From Oligoflexales bacterium (lineage in GTDB: Bacteria > Bdellovibrionota_B > Oligoflexia > Oligoflexales > CAIYRB01), in the NCBI GenBank assembly GCA_041736175.1, contig JBGSUI010000088.1, positions 1 to 23,839 on the forward strand: a DNA stretch of 23,839 nucleotides, written 5' to 3'. Under the pieces are notes generated by a model. It searched no databases. It had not been told where the DNA came from and saw nothing but the letters and a program-made list of their open reading frames with translations. Numbering within the stretch: position 1 is the first letter of the stretch; each line of letters starts with the position of its first letter. Position numbers and translations under genes: made by a program. Shown one piece after another: positions 1-8,557 of the stretch.

Positions 1-843
1 CAATATATCGAAGCACTGGGACTTTCGCCCGACGTCTACTGGAAGAGACTCCAGGCAGCCAAGGTCCTCGCCTATTTTCCCGCATTCGTGGAGCTATTCA
101 AGACGGGACAGACCCACGTCTCACAACTTGCTATGATCTCGGGTAAAATCACCGCCGCAAATGCCGACCTTATTTTAGAGGGAATCAGAAATAAAACCAA
201 AAGGGAGTGCGAGGCTTTTATATCGAGGGTCACTTTCGAGGGGACCCTGTTGCCAGGACAAGAGACCGTTCAAATCACACTGACTTTAACTTTAGAAGAA
301 ATGGCGCTGTTGGACCGTGCCCGCGAGGTAATGTCCCATGGGGGTCATGTACCAAAGAATGCCGAGGTAGTGATCAGTGCCTTAGGGGATCTCCTTGAAC
401 ACCGTGATCCTTTGCGCAAGGCTGAAAGGGCTAAACAGAGACAACAAAAAAAGGACCAGGGGAAGAGCTCCGAGGAGCGTGTCGTCCCGGGACGAACGCC
501 GACCGAGACAGTGGTCCCGGTAACATCGGTCCCGGATTCAGCGACTCCAGAGATAGCACCTTCTGGAAAAAAACACCGATCTGCAATTCCCATGGCCGTT
601 CGCCACGAGGTGTGGTCCCGGGATGAAGGAAGATGTACTTGGATAGAAGTGGATGGGAATCGTTGCAAGGAAAAGTTTAACTTAGAACTCGACCACGTCC
701 AGACGATGCACTGTCATGGGGGTACCCACGACGTAGAAAATCTTGCCCTTACCTGCCGGCGACACAATCAACTTTCGGCAAGGGAAAGGCTAGGGGAAGA
801 GTTCTGGGAGAAAAAGAGACAGGAGTGGGACCTAACTCTCTAG
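1..843 (+). CDS. HNH endonuclease domain protein (DUF222/HNH-like), 5'-truncated by window edge
   Basis: Frame 1 is open from base 1 (QYIEALGLSPDVYWKRLQAAKVLAYFP...), so GTG 88 is probably internal. The C-terminus has a zinc-binding HNH signature: RHEVWSRDEGRC...RC...LELDH...HGG...ENLALTCRRHN. Confidence 0.8.
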   Translation, partial: QYIEALGLSPDVYWKRLQAAKVLAYFPAFVELFKTGQTHVSQLAMISGKITAANADLILEGIRNKTKRECEAFISRVTFEGTLLPGQETVQITLTLTLEEMALLDRAREVMSHGGHVPKNAEVVISALGDLLEHRDPLRKAERAKQRQQKKDQGKSSEERVVPGRTPTETVVPVTSVPDSATPEIAPSGKKHRSAIPMAVRHEVWSRDEGRCTWIEVDGNRCKEKFNLELDHVQTMHCHGGTHDVENLALTCRRHNQLSARERLGEEFWEKKRQEWDLTL

Positions 844-849
844 AGGGCA

Positions 850-871
850 AGTCGTCCCGGGGCGGACGACT
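850..871. repeat. Inverted repeat AGTCGTCC-CGGGGC-GGACGACT just downstream of the HNH gene
   Basis: 8-bp perfect stem seen in sequence. It is a near copy of the palindrome TCGTCCCGGGACGA at 482-495. No U-tract follows. Confidence 0.55.
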
Positions 872-1029
872 CCGAGTGACTATTCATTGTCCCCTGGATT
901 TCAGGTAACAAAAAGACTTGGCTCATATTCTGCCGCGATTCTGACCATCGAATAAAGTTGTCGTTATAATAGGCCATATATTGAACTAATAACTAGATAT
1001 AAAATAGTTTAGTATGATTTTGCTCGCAT

Positions 1030-1058
1030 TTGACTTCACCATCAAAATAGGTGAAAAT
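1030..1058 (+). promoter_or_regulatory. Putative sigma70 promoter with overlapping inverted repeat
   Basis: TTGACT (1030-1035), 17-nt spacer, GAAAAT (1053-1058). TTCACC-N9-GGTGAA (1035-1055) overlaps it. Lies in an AT-rich intergenic region upstream of the GH5 gene. Confidence 0.35.
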
Positions 1059-1114
1059 CAATTATACGACTTTAATATTTTAACTTATTTTTCCACGACA
1101 ACAGGGAGTTCCTG

Positions 1115-2593
1115 ATGATGGGACGCAGAGCAATCATTGCGGGTCTCTGGGCATTTTTTGCCTGCGGTGTTTTGATAGGTAGAGCGAGTCCCGCAACTGC
1201 GGGCTCGTTTATAGAAAAGAGAGGGGATAAACTCTTTTATCAAAACAAAGAGTTTCGCTTTTTGTCCTTTGCAGCACCGACCCTCCATCAAAATGAGGAT
1301 CAAATCGCTGATGATTTGAGCAATCGTTTTCCCAATCAATATGAAATACGCGATCTCTTGCTAAGTCTCAAACAAGCGGGGGGAACCGTCACCCGGACCT
1401 TTACCATATCCATTGCCCATCCCGACGATGGGTGGCCCGCCTATATCGAAGGACTGAGAACCTATAACACCCAAGCCTTTGCCACTCTGGACCTGGTCCT
1501 GGCCACAGCTAAGGAGCTAGGCATTTTTGTGATCATCCCTATCATCGATTCCCATAGTTTTAGGGGATGGCGGGGGATTCGCGAGTTTGCTGGTTTTCGG
1601 GGTAAGAGCATCCATGAATTTTGGACCGATCCCCTCGTCAAAAGCGACTTTCGGGACTTGATCTATGACTTGCTTCACCGGCGAAACTCCGTGACAGGAC
1701 AACTCTACAAAGATGACCCAACGATCCTAGCGTGGCAACTGGGCAACGAACTCGATAGCTATATCTCCGACAATGGGTTGGCACACCGGGAACAGGAGCT
1801 GAGAGAAATCCTCACCGACTGGTCTATCGAAATGGCTCGGTGGATCAAGCGCCAGGACCCCCGTCACCTGGTGATGGAGGCCGGTGGCAATCGGTCCAGA
1901 CTCATCGCTTGTCCCGAGATCGATATCATCAGCGATCACTACTATGCCTATTGGAACCAACGCTCCGGGAACTCGACGAATCTAGCTGCTATCAATCGCG
2001 AATCCAAAAACTACACCAGATCCTATGGTAAAGTGCTGATTGCCGACGAGTTTGGAATGGGTGATAGGGCAACCCTTACAAATCTTATGAATGAAATGAT
2101 TGCCAACGGAACGTCGGGAGGACTCCTCTGGGGTATCAGACCCCATCACCGGCTTGGGGGCTTTTACCAACATAACGAGTCTGAGACGGTGTGGAATTCC
2201 TACCACTGGCCAGGATTTCGCGAAAACAAGGCTATGGAAGAAATCCCGATGCTTGAGACTCTAAGGTCCCTTGCCTACAGAATCAGAGGGCTGCCGGAAC
2301 CACCGTTTCCAGTTCCCACACCAGAGCCTCTGTTGTTTAGTCTAAAACGCCCCGGTCACTTAAGGTGGCGTGGCTCGACGGGCGCAGAGTTTTACGAAGT
2401 CGAGCGGTCAGTTTCTGCCGAGGGTCCCTGGGAGGTGCTGGCTACAAATCTTACGGATGACGATTGGCCGCCCCCCTTTTTCAAAGATTTAAAGCCACCA
2501 AAAGGTGCTTTCTACCGGATGCGAGCCCGCAATAAGTCGGGATGGAGTTCCTACTCAAAAGTTCAGTCCTGGCCACTCCGGCAATCAAGATAA
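1115..2593 (+). CDS. Secreted glycoside hydrolase family 5 (beta-mannanase-like) with C-terminal FN3-like domain
   Basis: N-terminal signal peptide. YKDDPTILAWQLGNE contains the acid/base Glu and ADEFG the nucleophile Glu. The C-terminal region WRGSTGAEFYEVERS...YRMRARN is FN3-like. GGGAG RBS upstream. Confidence 0.85.
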   Translation: MMGRRAIIAGLWAFFACGVLIGRASPATAGSFIEKRGDKLFYQNKEFRFLSFAAPTLHQNEDQIADDLSNRFPNQYEIRDLLLSLKQAGGTVTRTFTISIAHPDDGWPAYIEGLRTYNTQAFATLDLVLATAKELGIFVIIPIIDSHSFRGWRGIREFAGFRGKSIHEFWTDPLVKSDFRDLIYDLLHRRNSVTGQLYKDDPTILAWQLGNELDSYISDNGLAHREQELREILTDWSIEMARWIKRQDPRHLVMEAGGNRSRLIACPEIDIISDHYYAYWNQRSGNSTNLAAINRESKNYTRSYGKVLIADEFGMGDRATLTNLMNEMIANGTSGGLLWGIRPHHRLGGFYQHNESETVWNSYHWPGFRENKAMEEIPMLETLRSLAYRIRGLPEPPFPVPTPEPLLFSLKRPGHLRWRGSTGAEFYEVERSVSAEGPWEVLATNLTDDDWPPPFFKDLKPPKGAFYRMRARNKSGWSSYSKVQSWPLRQSR

Positions 2594-4675
2594 AGAGTCG
2601 CTCACGGGAGTTTCGCCCGTAAACTGCCTATGATTCCGAATCACCTGTTTAAACTCTAAGGCTTCCAAATCACCGAGCTCAGGTGGCACCTGGGCCGAAC
2701 TCCGCTCCCAGCGGTCGAGCCAGGCCTTGGCTAGGAGATTTGGACTGGGTAAATGCTGCGAGAGGGAAGGGGTCATGGCCACCGTGGCCTCGGCCTGGGG
2801 GCCTTGGCCTTGGACCGGCCCCACGTAAAATCCTGAGGCCAACAGAGCAGCCCGGATGGCGGTCGAAGACGAATAGGTGATGACCTCGGTCGGGTGGTGG
2901 CCGCAGAGCTTAAAAAGGCTGTTAAAAGCCCCTACACTCCATAGTTCTGGATTTGTTTTGGTCGAAAAGGGGTCATAGAACACCAGGTCTGGGGTCGGTG
3001 CCTCCTGGGCTTTTTGTAAAAAATCCCCAAGGTGGAGTTGCCACGAGATATGACCAGCGGGGTGTTGCCAAGCTCCATCCTTTGCCAGCCGGATGGCGCT
3101 TTCATGGAGGAGATGGGTAAACTTGTCTTTATGTTTGAGTGCCAAGCGAAAACTATCCAGATCGTTTTCGAAGCTGACGATCTTAAACTTAAAGTGGGGG
3201 AGGCGACTGGCAAAACGCAGGGCTGCCATCCCGTTATGGCCTGCGCCAAGACCAACATCCCAGATCACCAGCTCTTTGCCAGCAGGTTGGGTCGCCAAAG
3301 CATTGAGAACCGCACTGCTTTTAATATAAAGTCCTTCCGCCTCAAGATTTGGGTCCAGAGATGGATGCATGGATTCTCCCGATTGGAGATCCACAACAAA
3401 CCAGGGTTTGTCTTTATCGGCTTGATCCCCTTGATCCCCTTGTCCCCGCTGGCGGATGCCGTAGCGACCTAGGACAAGTCCGGAATCCCCTCCTAGTGGA
3501 TCTTGTTTAGGGGAGCGATTGATCACCGATCCCCGGGATGATCGGTCTAAGAGGTCGCTGTCCTTGCGGTTGATCAGGGCCTTTTTTTCTAGGTAGTATT
3601 CATAAAAGGTGCCTGCGATAATATTCTGGCGCATCTGGGACATGAGCTGGTGGTAAAAATAAAAATTATGTTGGGCCAAGAGATGCCAACCTAGACCTTC
3701 CGAAGATTTGGTCAAATGGTGAAGATAGGCCCGGGTGTAGTGGGTGCAGGTGTAGCAAGAACACCCAACCTCCAGAGGGCTTTGGTCAAATTTATACACT
3801 CCGCGCCTAAGGCGCAAAATACCCTGGTGGGTAAAGGCAGTCCCCTGCTGGCCTAAAGCCGAAGGGATGATGCAGTCAAAGAGGTCGACCCCGCGGTGGA
3901 CGGCCTCTAATAAGTCGATAGGCATCCCCACCCCCATAAGATAGCGGGGACGGTCGGCAGGTAGCAGCTGGGCTGTGATCTCTGTGAAGTGCTCCCGCTC
4001 TTCTTTGGACTCGCCGACCGCAAGGCCGCCGATGGCAAAACCATCAAAGTCTTGTGCGGTCAAGAAGTCCGCGCTGATCTTACGCAGGTCCTCATAACAA
4101 GCCCCTTGGACGATTCCGAAAAGAGCTTGGGGGCTGTCTCCCCTGGCCTTAAGGCTGCGCAGCGCCCAACGGTGGGTTAGCTCCATGGCCCGCGCCGACT
4201 CGCCGTGGGAGCTTGTGGACGGTACGCATTCGTCAAGGACCATCATGATATCGCTGTTGATAGCCCGTTGCATGGCGATGCTGTGCTCGGGGCTTAGGAG
4301 GATTTTTTGGCCATCTACGTAACTCCGAAATGACGCCCCTTCCTCGGAGATCCGCCGTTCTAGGGGGAGCGAAAAGATCTGAAATCCTCCCGAATCCGTA
4401 AGGACCGGACCATCCCAGCTCATAAAACGATGGATCCCACCAAAAGCTTTAAAAACCTCAGCACCGGGTCGTAGCATCAGATGGTAGGTGTTACCCAGGA
4501 TAATCTGCGATCCCACGGCCTTTAACTCTTCGACCTTCATGCCTTTGACCGTGGCTTGGGTGCCTACGGGCATAAACACAGGGGTTTGAATCGACCCGTG
4601 AAGGGTCACGACCGTGGTGGCACGGGCATTGGATTGGGGTGTGGTTGCGTCGAGGGTAAAAGGCAGGCGTTGCAT
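2585..4675 (-). CDS. tgt: Queuine tRNA-ribosyltransferase (Tgt) fused to a C-terminal MnmC/MnmD-type SAM-dependent methyltransferase
   Basis: Tgt motifs TPVFMPVGT, NTYHL, DSGGFQ, MVLDEC, GGLAVGE, PRYLMGVG and Zn site CSCYTC...H. The C-terminal ~290 aa carry GESMH, WDVGLGAGHN, FYDPFSTKTNPELW and TYS. Confidence 0.93.
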   Translation of the reverse strand: MQRLPFTLDATTPQSNARATTVVTLHGSIQTPVFMPVGTQATVKGMKVEELKAVGSQIILGNTYHLMLRPGAEVFKAFGGIHRFMSWDGPVLTDSGGFQIFSLPLERRISEEGASFRSYVDGQKILLSPEHSIAMQRAINSDIMMVLDECVPSTSSHGESARAMELTHRWALRSLKARGDSPQALFGIVQGACYEDLRKISADFLTAQDFDGFAIGGLAVGESKEEREHFTEITAQLLPADRPRYLMGVGMPIDLLEAVHRGVDLFDCIIPSALGQQGTAFTHQGILRLRRGVYKFDQSPLEVGCSCYTCTHYTRAYLHHLTKSSEGLGWHLLAQHNFYFYHQLMSQMRQNIIAGTFYEYYLEKKALINRKDSDLLDRSSRGSVINRSPKQDPLGGDSGLVLGRYGIRQRGQGDQGDQADKDKPWFVVDLQSGESMHPSLDPNLEAEGLYIKSSAVLNALATQPAGKELVIWDVGLGAGHNGMAALRFASRLPHFKFKIVSFENDLDSFRLALKHKDKFTHLLHESAIRLAKDGAWQHPAGHISWQLHLGDFLQKAQEAPTPDLVFYDPFSTKTNPELWSVGAFNSLFKLCGHHPTEVITYSSSTAIRAALLASGFYVGPVQGQGPQAEATVAMTPSLSQHLPSPNLLAKAWLDRWERSSAQVPPELGDLEALEFKQVIRNHRQFTGETPVSDSLS
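3421..3447. repeat. 9-bp imperfect tandem repeat in the Tgt-methyltransferase linker
   Basis: CTTGATCCC CTTGATCCC CTTGTCCCC, encoding part of GQGDQGDQ on the minus strand. Confidence 0.5.
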
Positions 4676-4701
4676 GAGCGGCTTTCTTAAATAAAAAATT
4701 T

Positions 4702-7700
4702 TTATATAACATGCTCTTGGGAAGCCATCAAGTCATCAGGGAAGGGGGCTTCCATGGGTTCGTCGATTTTAATGGGTTGCCTGATGCTGAGCTTGATCTC
4801 TCCGAGGGGCAGACCGATCAGACGGACTCCTTCGAGAAATTCATCGCTTGGCTCGATGGAGTGGGCCCGCATCAGCACTTCTGTGCCGTCGTAGTCGATG
4901 ATCAGGGTGAGGGGGGTGTCTCCCTGTTGGTCTTTGACCAGAGCTTTAAGGGCTTTGGTCTCTTGTTGCCAATCTCTTTTTAGGGATTGGTCGAGGGAGG
5001 TTTCGATCCTGAGGGTGAGACCTGTGGCTCGTTCTTTGCGCACGGATTCGATGGGGAGTAGTTTTTCGATGCGAAACCGGACCGGCTCAGCAGCGTTGGG
5101 AGGTGGTCCACTGGGTTTTCCCGCAGCTCCTCCTCCACGGTTTACCTTGTAGGCCGACCCTAGGGCTAACACCACACTTTCGGCGGGGGGGAATTCCTTG
5201 GGGATTTCCTCTTGGAAGATCACGGCTTCGATAGCCGCTTTTTCGTCTTCAAGGCGGATGCTGGCCATGCGGGTGTTGTTTTTGGTAAGCCTTTCATTAA
5301 CAGCGGAGAGGACGGCTACAATGGCCACTTGTTTACGTTCGGTGAGCTTGACCACCTGGTCGAGGGAGATATTGGCAAAAACCCGCCGGTCAAATCCATG
5401 GAATGTCATGGGATGCCCTGTCATATAGACCCCCAGAAGGGCTTTTTCTTTGCGCAACCAACTGGGACTGGGAGCTCCCACTTTTTCGTCTTGGGGGAGA
5501 AGGGGGCCCAAAAGGCTTTTTTCGTCGCTGGCGTCCGAAGACTCCCCCCTTTGGTTGCCGGAGGATCCTCCGTCGTGGGTCTCAGGTTCTACAGTGTCCA
5601 GGGCGTCGTCAAACAGGCTTTGTTGGCCGACGGCCTTGGCGCTATGGAAGGATTCCGAGAATTTGACGATCTTGCCTAAGTTGGACATGAGTTTAAGGCG
5701 GCTGATGCCGAAACAGTCCAACGCCCCCACCTGGGTCAGTAGTTCTAAGGTTTTTTTGCCCACCCGGTGCAGGTCTACCCGTCGCGCCAGGCTGTATAGG
5801 CCGGGGAAGGGACCATTTTTTTCCCGCTCTTGGACGAGAGGCTCCACGGACTGGGGGCCGATTCCCTTGACCGCCGATAGACCAAAAGATATTTGTTTAT
5901 TGTCGGGGACCGTGAATTCAAGAAAGCTTGTGTTGATACAGGGAGGATGGACCGTGATCCGAAGCCGCTTGCACTCGTCGATATAGCGGACCACCTTGCT
6001 GGTTTTATCCAGATCACAGGTCATGATCGCTGCCATATACTCGGAGGGAAAATGGGTCTTGAGATAGGCGGTCTGGTAGCTGACAAGACCATAGGCTGCC
6101 GAGTGGCTTTTGTTAAACCCGTAGTTGGCAAACTCTGCCATCAGATCAAAAATCTGGCCCGCAAGTGTCGGGTCATGGCCGTTGGTTGCAGCACCATTGG
6201 CAAAGCGCTGTTTTTGTTTTTCCATCTCCGAGGTGATCTTCTTACCCATCGCCCGCCGCAGGAGATCGGCCTCGCCGAGTGTGTAGCTCGCCAGCTCACC
6301 GGCGATCTTCATCACTTGTTCTTGGTAGAGAATGATCCCGTAGGTCTCCTTGAGGATCGACTCCAGCTGGGGAAGCAGATATTGGATCTCAGCCCGCCCG
6401 TGTTTACGCTCGATAAAGTCATCCACCATTCCAGATCCAAGGGGACCAGGGCGAAACAGGGCAACCAGAGCGATCACATCCTCAAAACAATTAGGTTTGA
6501 GTTTGGTGACGAGGCTCCGCATCCCAGCACTCTCCAGCTGGAAAACACCGACCGTATGTCCTGCGCTGATATCCTGAAAGACCTTTTGGTCGTCTAAGGG
6601 GATAAGGTCGATATCGAAGTCCCGGTGGCCACGGGCATGGATGAGATGAACCGCTTTTTGGATCACCGTAAGGGTCTTAAGCCCCAGAAAGTCAAACTTA
6701 ACCAGGCCGACCTTTTCGGCCATTTTCATCTCATACTGGGTGATCTGAGTCTCACCGGGAACCCCTGTGGTATAAACAGGGACATAGTCAGTCATGGGAC
6801 CATCAGAGATGACGATCCCGGCAGCATGGACAGAGACGTGGCGTACGAGGCTCTCTAGGTTTTGGGCAAAGCGCAGGAGGTCGGCAATGGTGTCGTCACG
6901 CTTGGCCTCTTCGTTGATACGGGGTTCCTTTTTAAGGGCTTCTTCCAAAGTGATCCCAAGGTCATCTGGAATCAGTTTAGCGATGCGGTCGACCCGGCCA
7001 TAGCCTAGTTCGAGCACGCGGCCCACGTCGCGGATGACAGCCTTAGCGTTCATTTTTCCGAAGGTCGTGATCTGGGCGACGGACGCTTCGCCGTATTTGG
7101 CCGTGACATACTGGATCACCTCGCCCCGGCGGTCTTGACAAAAATCCACATCAAAGTCAGGCATGGAGACCCGGTCAGGATTGAGAAAACGCTCGAAGAG
7201 GAGGTTGTAGGGAATCGGATCTAGATCGGTAATCCGTAGAGCGTAGGCCACGAGGGATCCGGCTCCAGAACCCCGACCAGGACCCACGGGGATGCCGTTT
7301 TTTTTGGCCCAGTTGATAAAATCCTGGACGATCAAAAAGTAGCTGGCAAACCCCATCTTACAGATCACGTCGAGTTCGTAGGCGAGGCGCTTGCGGTAGG
7401 AGGCGCGGCTCGCTTCGTCAAAAGTGGGCCCATAGACTTTGCTGAGGGTGATAAACCGTTCTTCGAGCATCTCCTCCGAAAGCCGTTTGATGGCCTCGTC
7501 GGGGGTTTCCTGCTGGCCGGTCTCAAATTTAGGGAGGTAATACTTATTAAACTCAAACTTCACATTGCAGGAGTCGACGATTTTTTGGATGTTTTCGAGA
7601 GCGCTCGGCCACGCTCCGTAAATCTGCTGCATCTCGTCGTTGTCAAAAAGGTGAAAGGCCGTGTTTTTACGTCGTCCCCTGATCTCACTCATGGTGAGGG

Positions 7701-8535
7701 AATGCTTGATGCCCAGTAGGATTCCGTGGGCAGCTCCATGGTCTTTATGGAGATAGTGGGCGTCCGCTGTGGCCACCAAGGGCAACCCATAATGGTCTGC
7801 GGCTGCCACCAGGTCAGGCAGAAGAACCATCTGCTCGGGGAGTTGGTTGTTGATCAGCTCCACATAAAAGTGGTCTTTACCAAACCGACGGAGCATGGTC
7901 GCCACATAGTCTTTTAGGGCCCTGGCCACGGCTTTGGTTTCGGGGACAGATATCTTTTCGGGGTCAAAGACCAAAGTGGTCCGAGCACCGGTGTAGTGGC
8001 GAAGGAGACGCACCAGATAACCCATTTCACCCATCTGGCAGCCTGATAGAGCGATAAGACTCTGCTCGCCCTCACCTTGACCATGCTCCAGATCCTGATC
8101 CGCCACGATGGGGATCACCTTTTCAGGGTGTTGGTTTAAACCCTTTTGGTAGCCACTGCTCACTAACTTAACGAGGTTTTTGTATCCAAGGAGATCTTTG
8201 GCGAGGAGGACCAAGTGGAAAGCATCGGTAGGGACTCTCAGCTCAGGGGGGAGGTTTTGGGGAAAGTCCTTATAGAGTTTGGACATCACCCTGAGGAAAG
8301 ACTCCGTCCCCGGAGTCGGGCTATGGAAGATCTCACATCCTAGGATCGCTTTGATTCCCTTGTCCTTAGCGGCAAGATAAAGCTCGATGGCTCCAAACAT
8401 TGCCCCATGGTCCGTCAGGGCCACGGCCTTATGACCCAGGGCCACGGCACGCTCCACCAGCTCAGGGATCCTGATGGCACCATCCAGGAGGGAGTATTCG
8501 CTATGCACATGGAGATGGGCTAGAGAGTGGGTCAA
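4702..8535 (-). CDS. dnaE: DNA polymerase III alpha subunit
   Basis: PHP motif HLHVHSEYSLLDG, GPGRGSGAGS, catalytic PDFDVD and KFDFLG, YGFNKSH, clamp-binding-like QQSLF and a C-terminal OB fold. TTG start with AAAGGA RBS. Confidence 0.97.
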   Translation of the reverse strand: MTHSLAHLHVHSEYSLLDGAIRIPELVERAVALGHKAVALTDHGAMFGAIELYLAAKDKGIKAILGCEIFHSPTPGTESFLRVMSKLYKDFPQNLPPELRVPTDAFHLVLLAKDLLGYKNLVKLVSSGYQKGLNQHPEKVIPIVADQDLEHGQGEGEQSLIALSGCQMGEMGYLVRLLRHYTGARTTLVFDPEKISVPETKAVARALKDYVATMLRRFGKDHFYVELINNQLPEQMVLLPDLVAAADHYGLPLVATADAHYLHKDHGAAHGILLGIKHSLTMSEIRGRRKNTAFHLFDNDEMQQIYGAWPSALENIQKIVDSCNVKFEFNKYYLPKFETGQQETPDEAIKRLSEEMLEERFITLSKVYGPTFDEASRASYRKRLAYELDVICKMGFASYFLIVQDFINWAKKNGIPVGPGRGSGAGSLVAYALRITDLDPIPYNLLFERFLNPDRVSMPDFDVDFCQDRRGEVIQYVTAKYGEASVAQITTFGKMNAKAVIRDVGRVLELGYGRVDRIAKLIPDDLGITLEEALKKEPRINEEAKRDDTIADLLRFAQNLESLVRHVSVHAAGIVISDGPMTDYVPVYTTGVPGETQITQYEMKMAEKVGLVKFDFLGLKTLTVIQKAVHLIHARGHRDFDIDLIPLDDQKVFQDISAGHTVGVFQLESAGMRSLVTKLKPNCFEDVIALVALFRPGPLGSGMVDDFIERKHGRAEIQYLLPQLESILKETYGIILYQEQVMKIAGELASYTLGEADLLRRAMGKKITSEMEKQKQRFANGAATNGHDPTLAGQIFDLMAEFANYGFNKSHSAAYGLVSYQTAYLKTHFPSEYMAAIMTCDLDKTSKVVRYIDECKRLRITVHPPCINTSFLEFTVPDNKQISFGLSAVKGIGPQSVEPLVQEREKNGPFPGLYSLARRVDLHRVGKKTLELLTQVGALDCFGISRLKLMSNLGKIVKFSESFHSAKAVGQQSLFDDALDTVEPETHDGGSSGNQRGESSDASDEKSLLGPLLPQDEKVGAPSPSWLRKEKALLGVYMTGHPMTFHGFDRRVFANISLDQVVKLTERKQVAIVAVLSAVNERLTKNNTRMASIRLEDEKAAIEAVIFQEEIPKEFPPAESVVLALGSAYKVNRGGGAAGKPSGPPPNAAEPVRFRIEKLLPIESVRKERATGLTLRIETSLDQSLKRDWQQETKALKALVKDQQGDTPLTLIIDYDGTEVLMRAHSIEPSDEFLEGVRLIGLPLGEIKLSIRQPIKIDEPMEAPFPDDLMASQEHVI

Positions 8536-8557
8536 TCCAAGGTCCTTTTGTGGGGTT

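Noticed and set aside
481..622. CRISPR-like reading of the GTCCCGG repeats
   Set aside because: The repeats are too short, irregularly spaced and inside a coding region, and there are no cas genes.
4702..8535. Intein in the long DnaE
   Set aside because: No C/S...HN-C/S/T splice junctions or LAGLIDADG block seen. The extra length is explained by short inserts.
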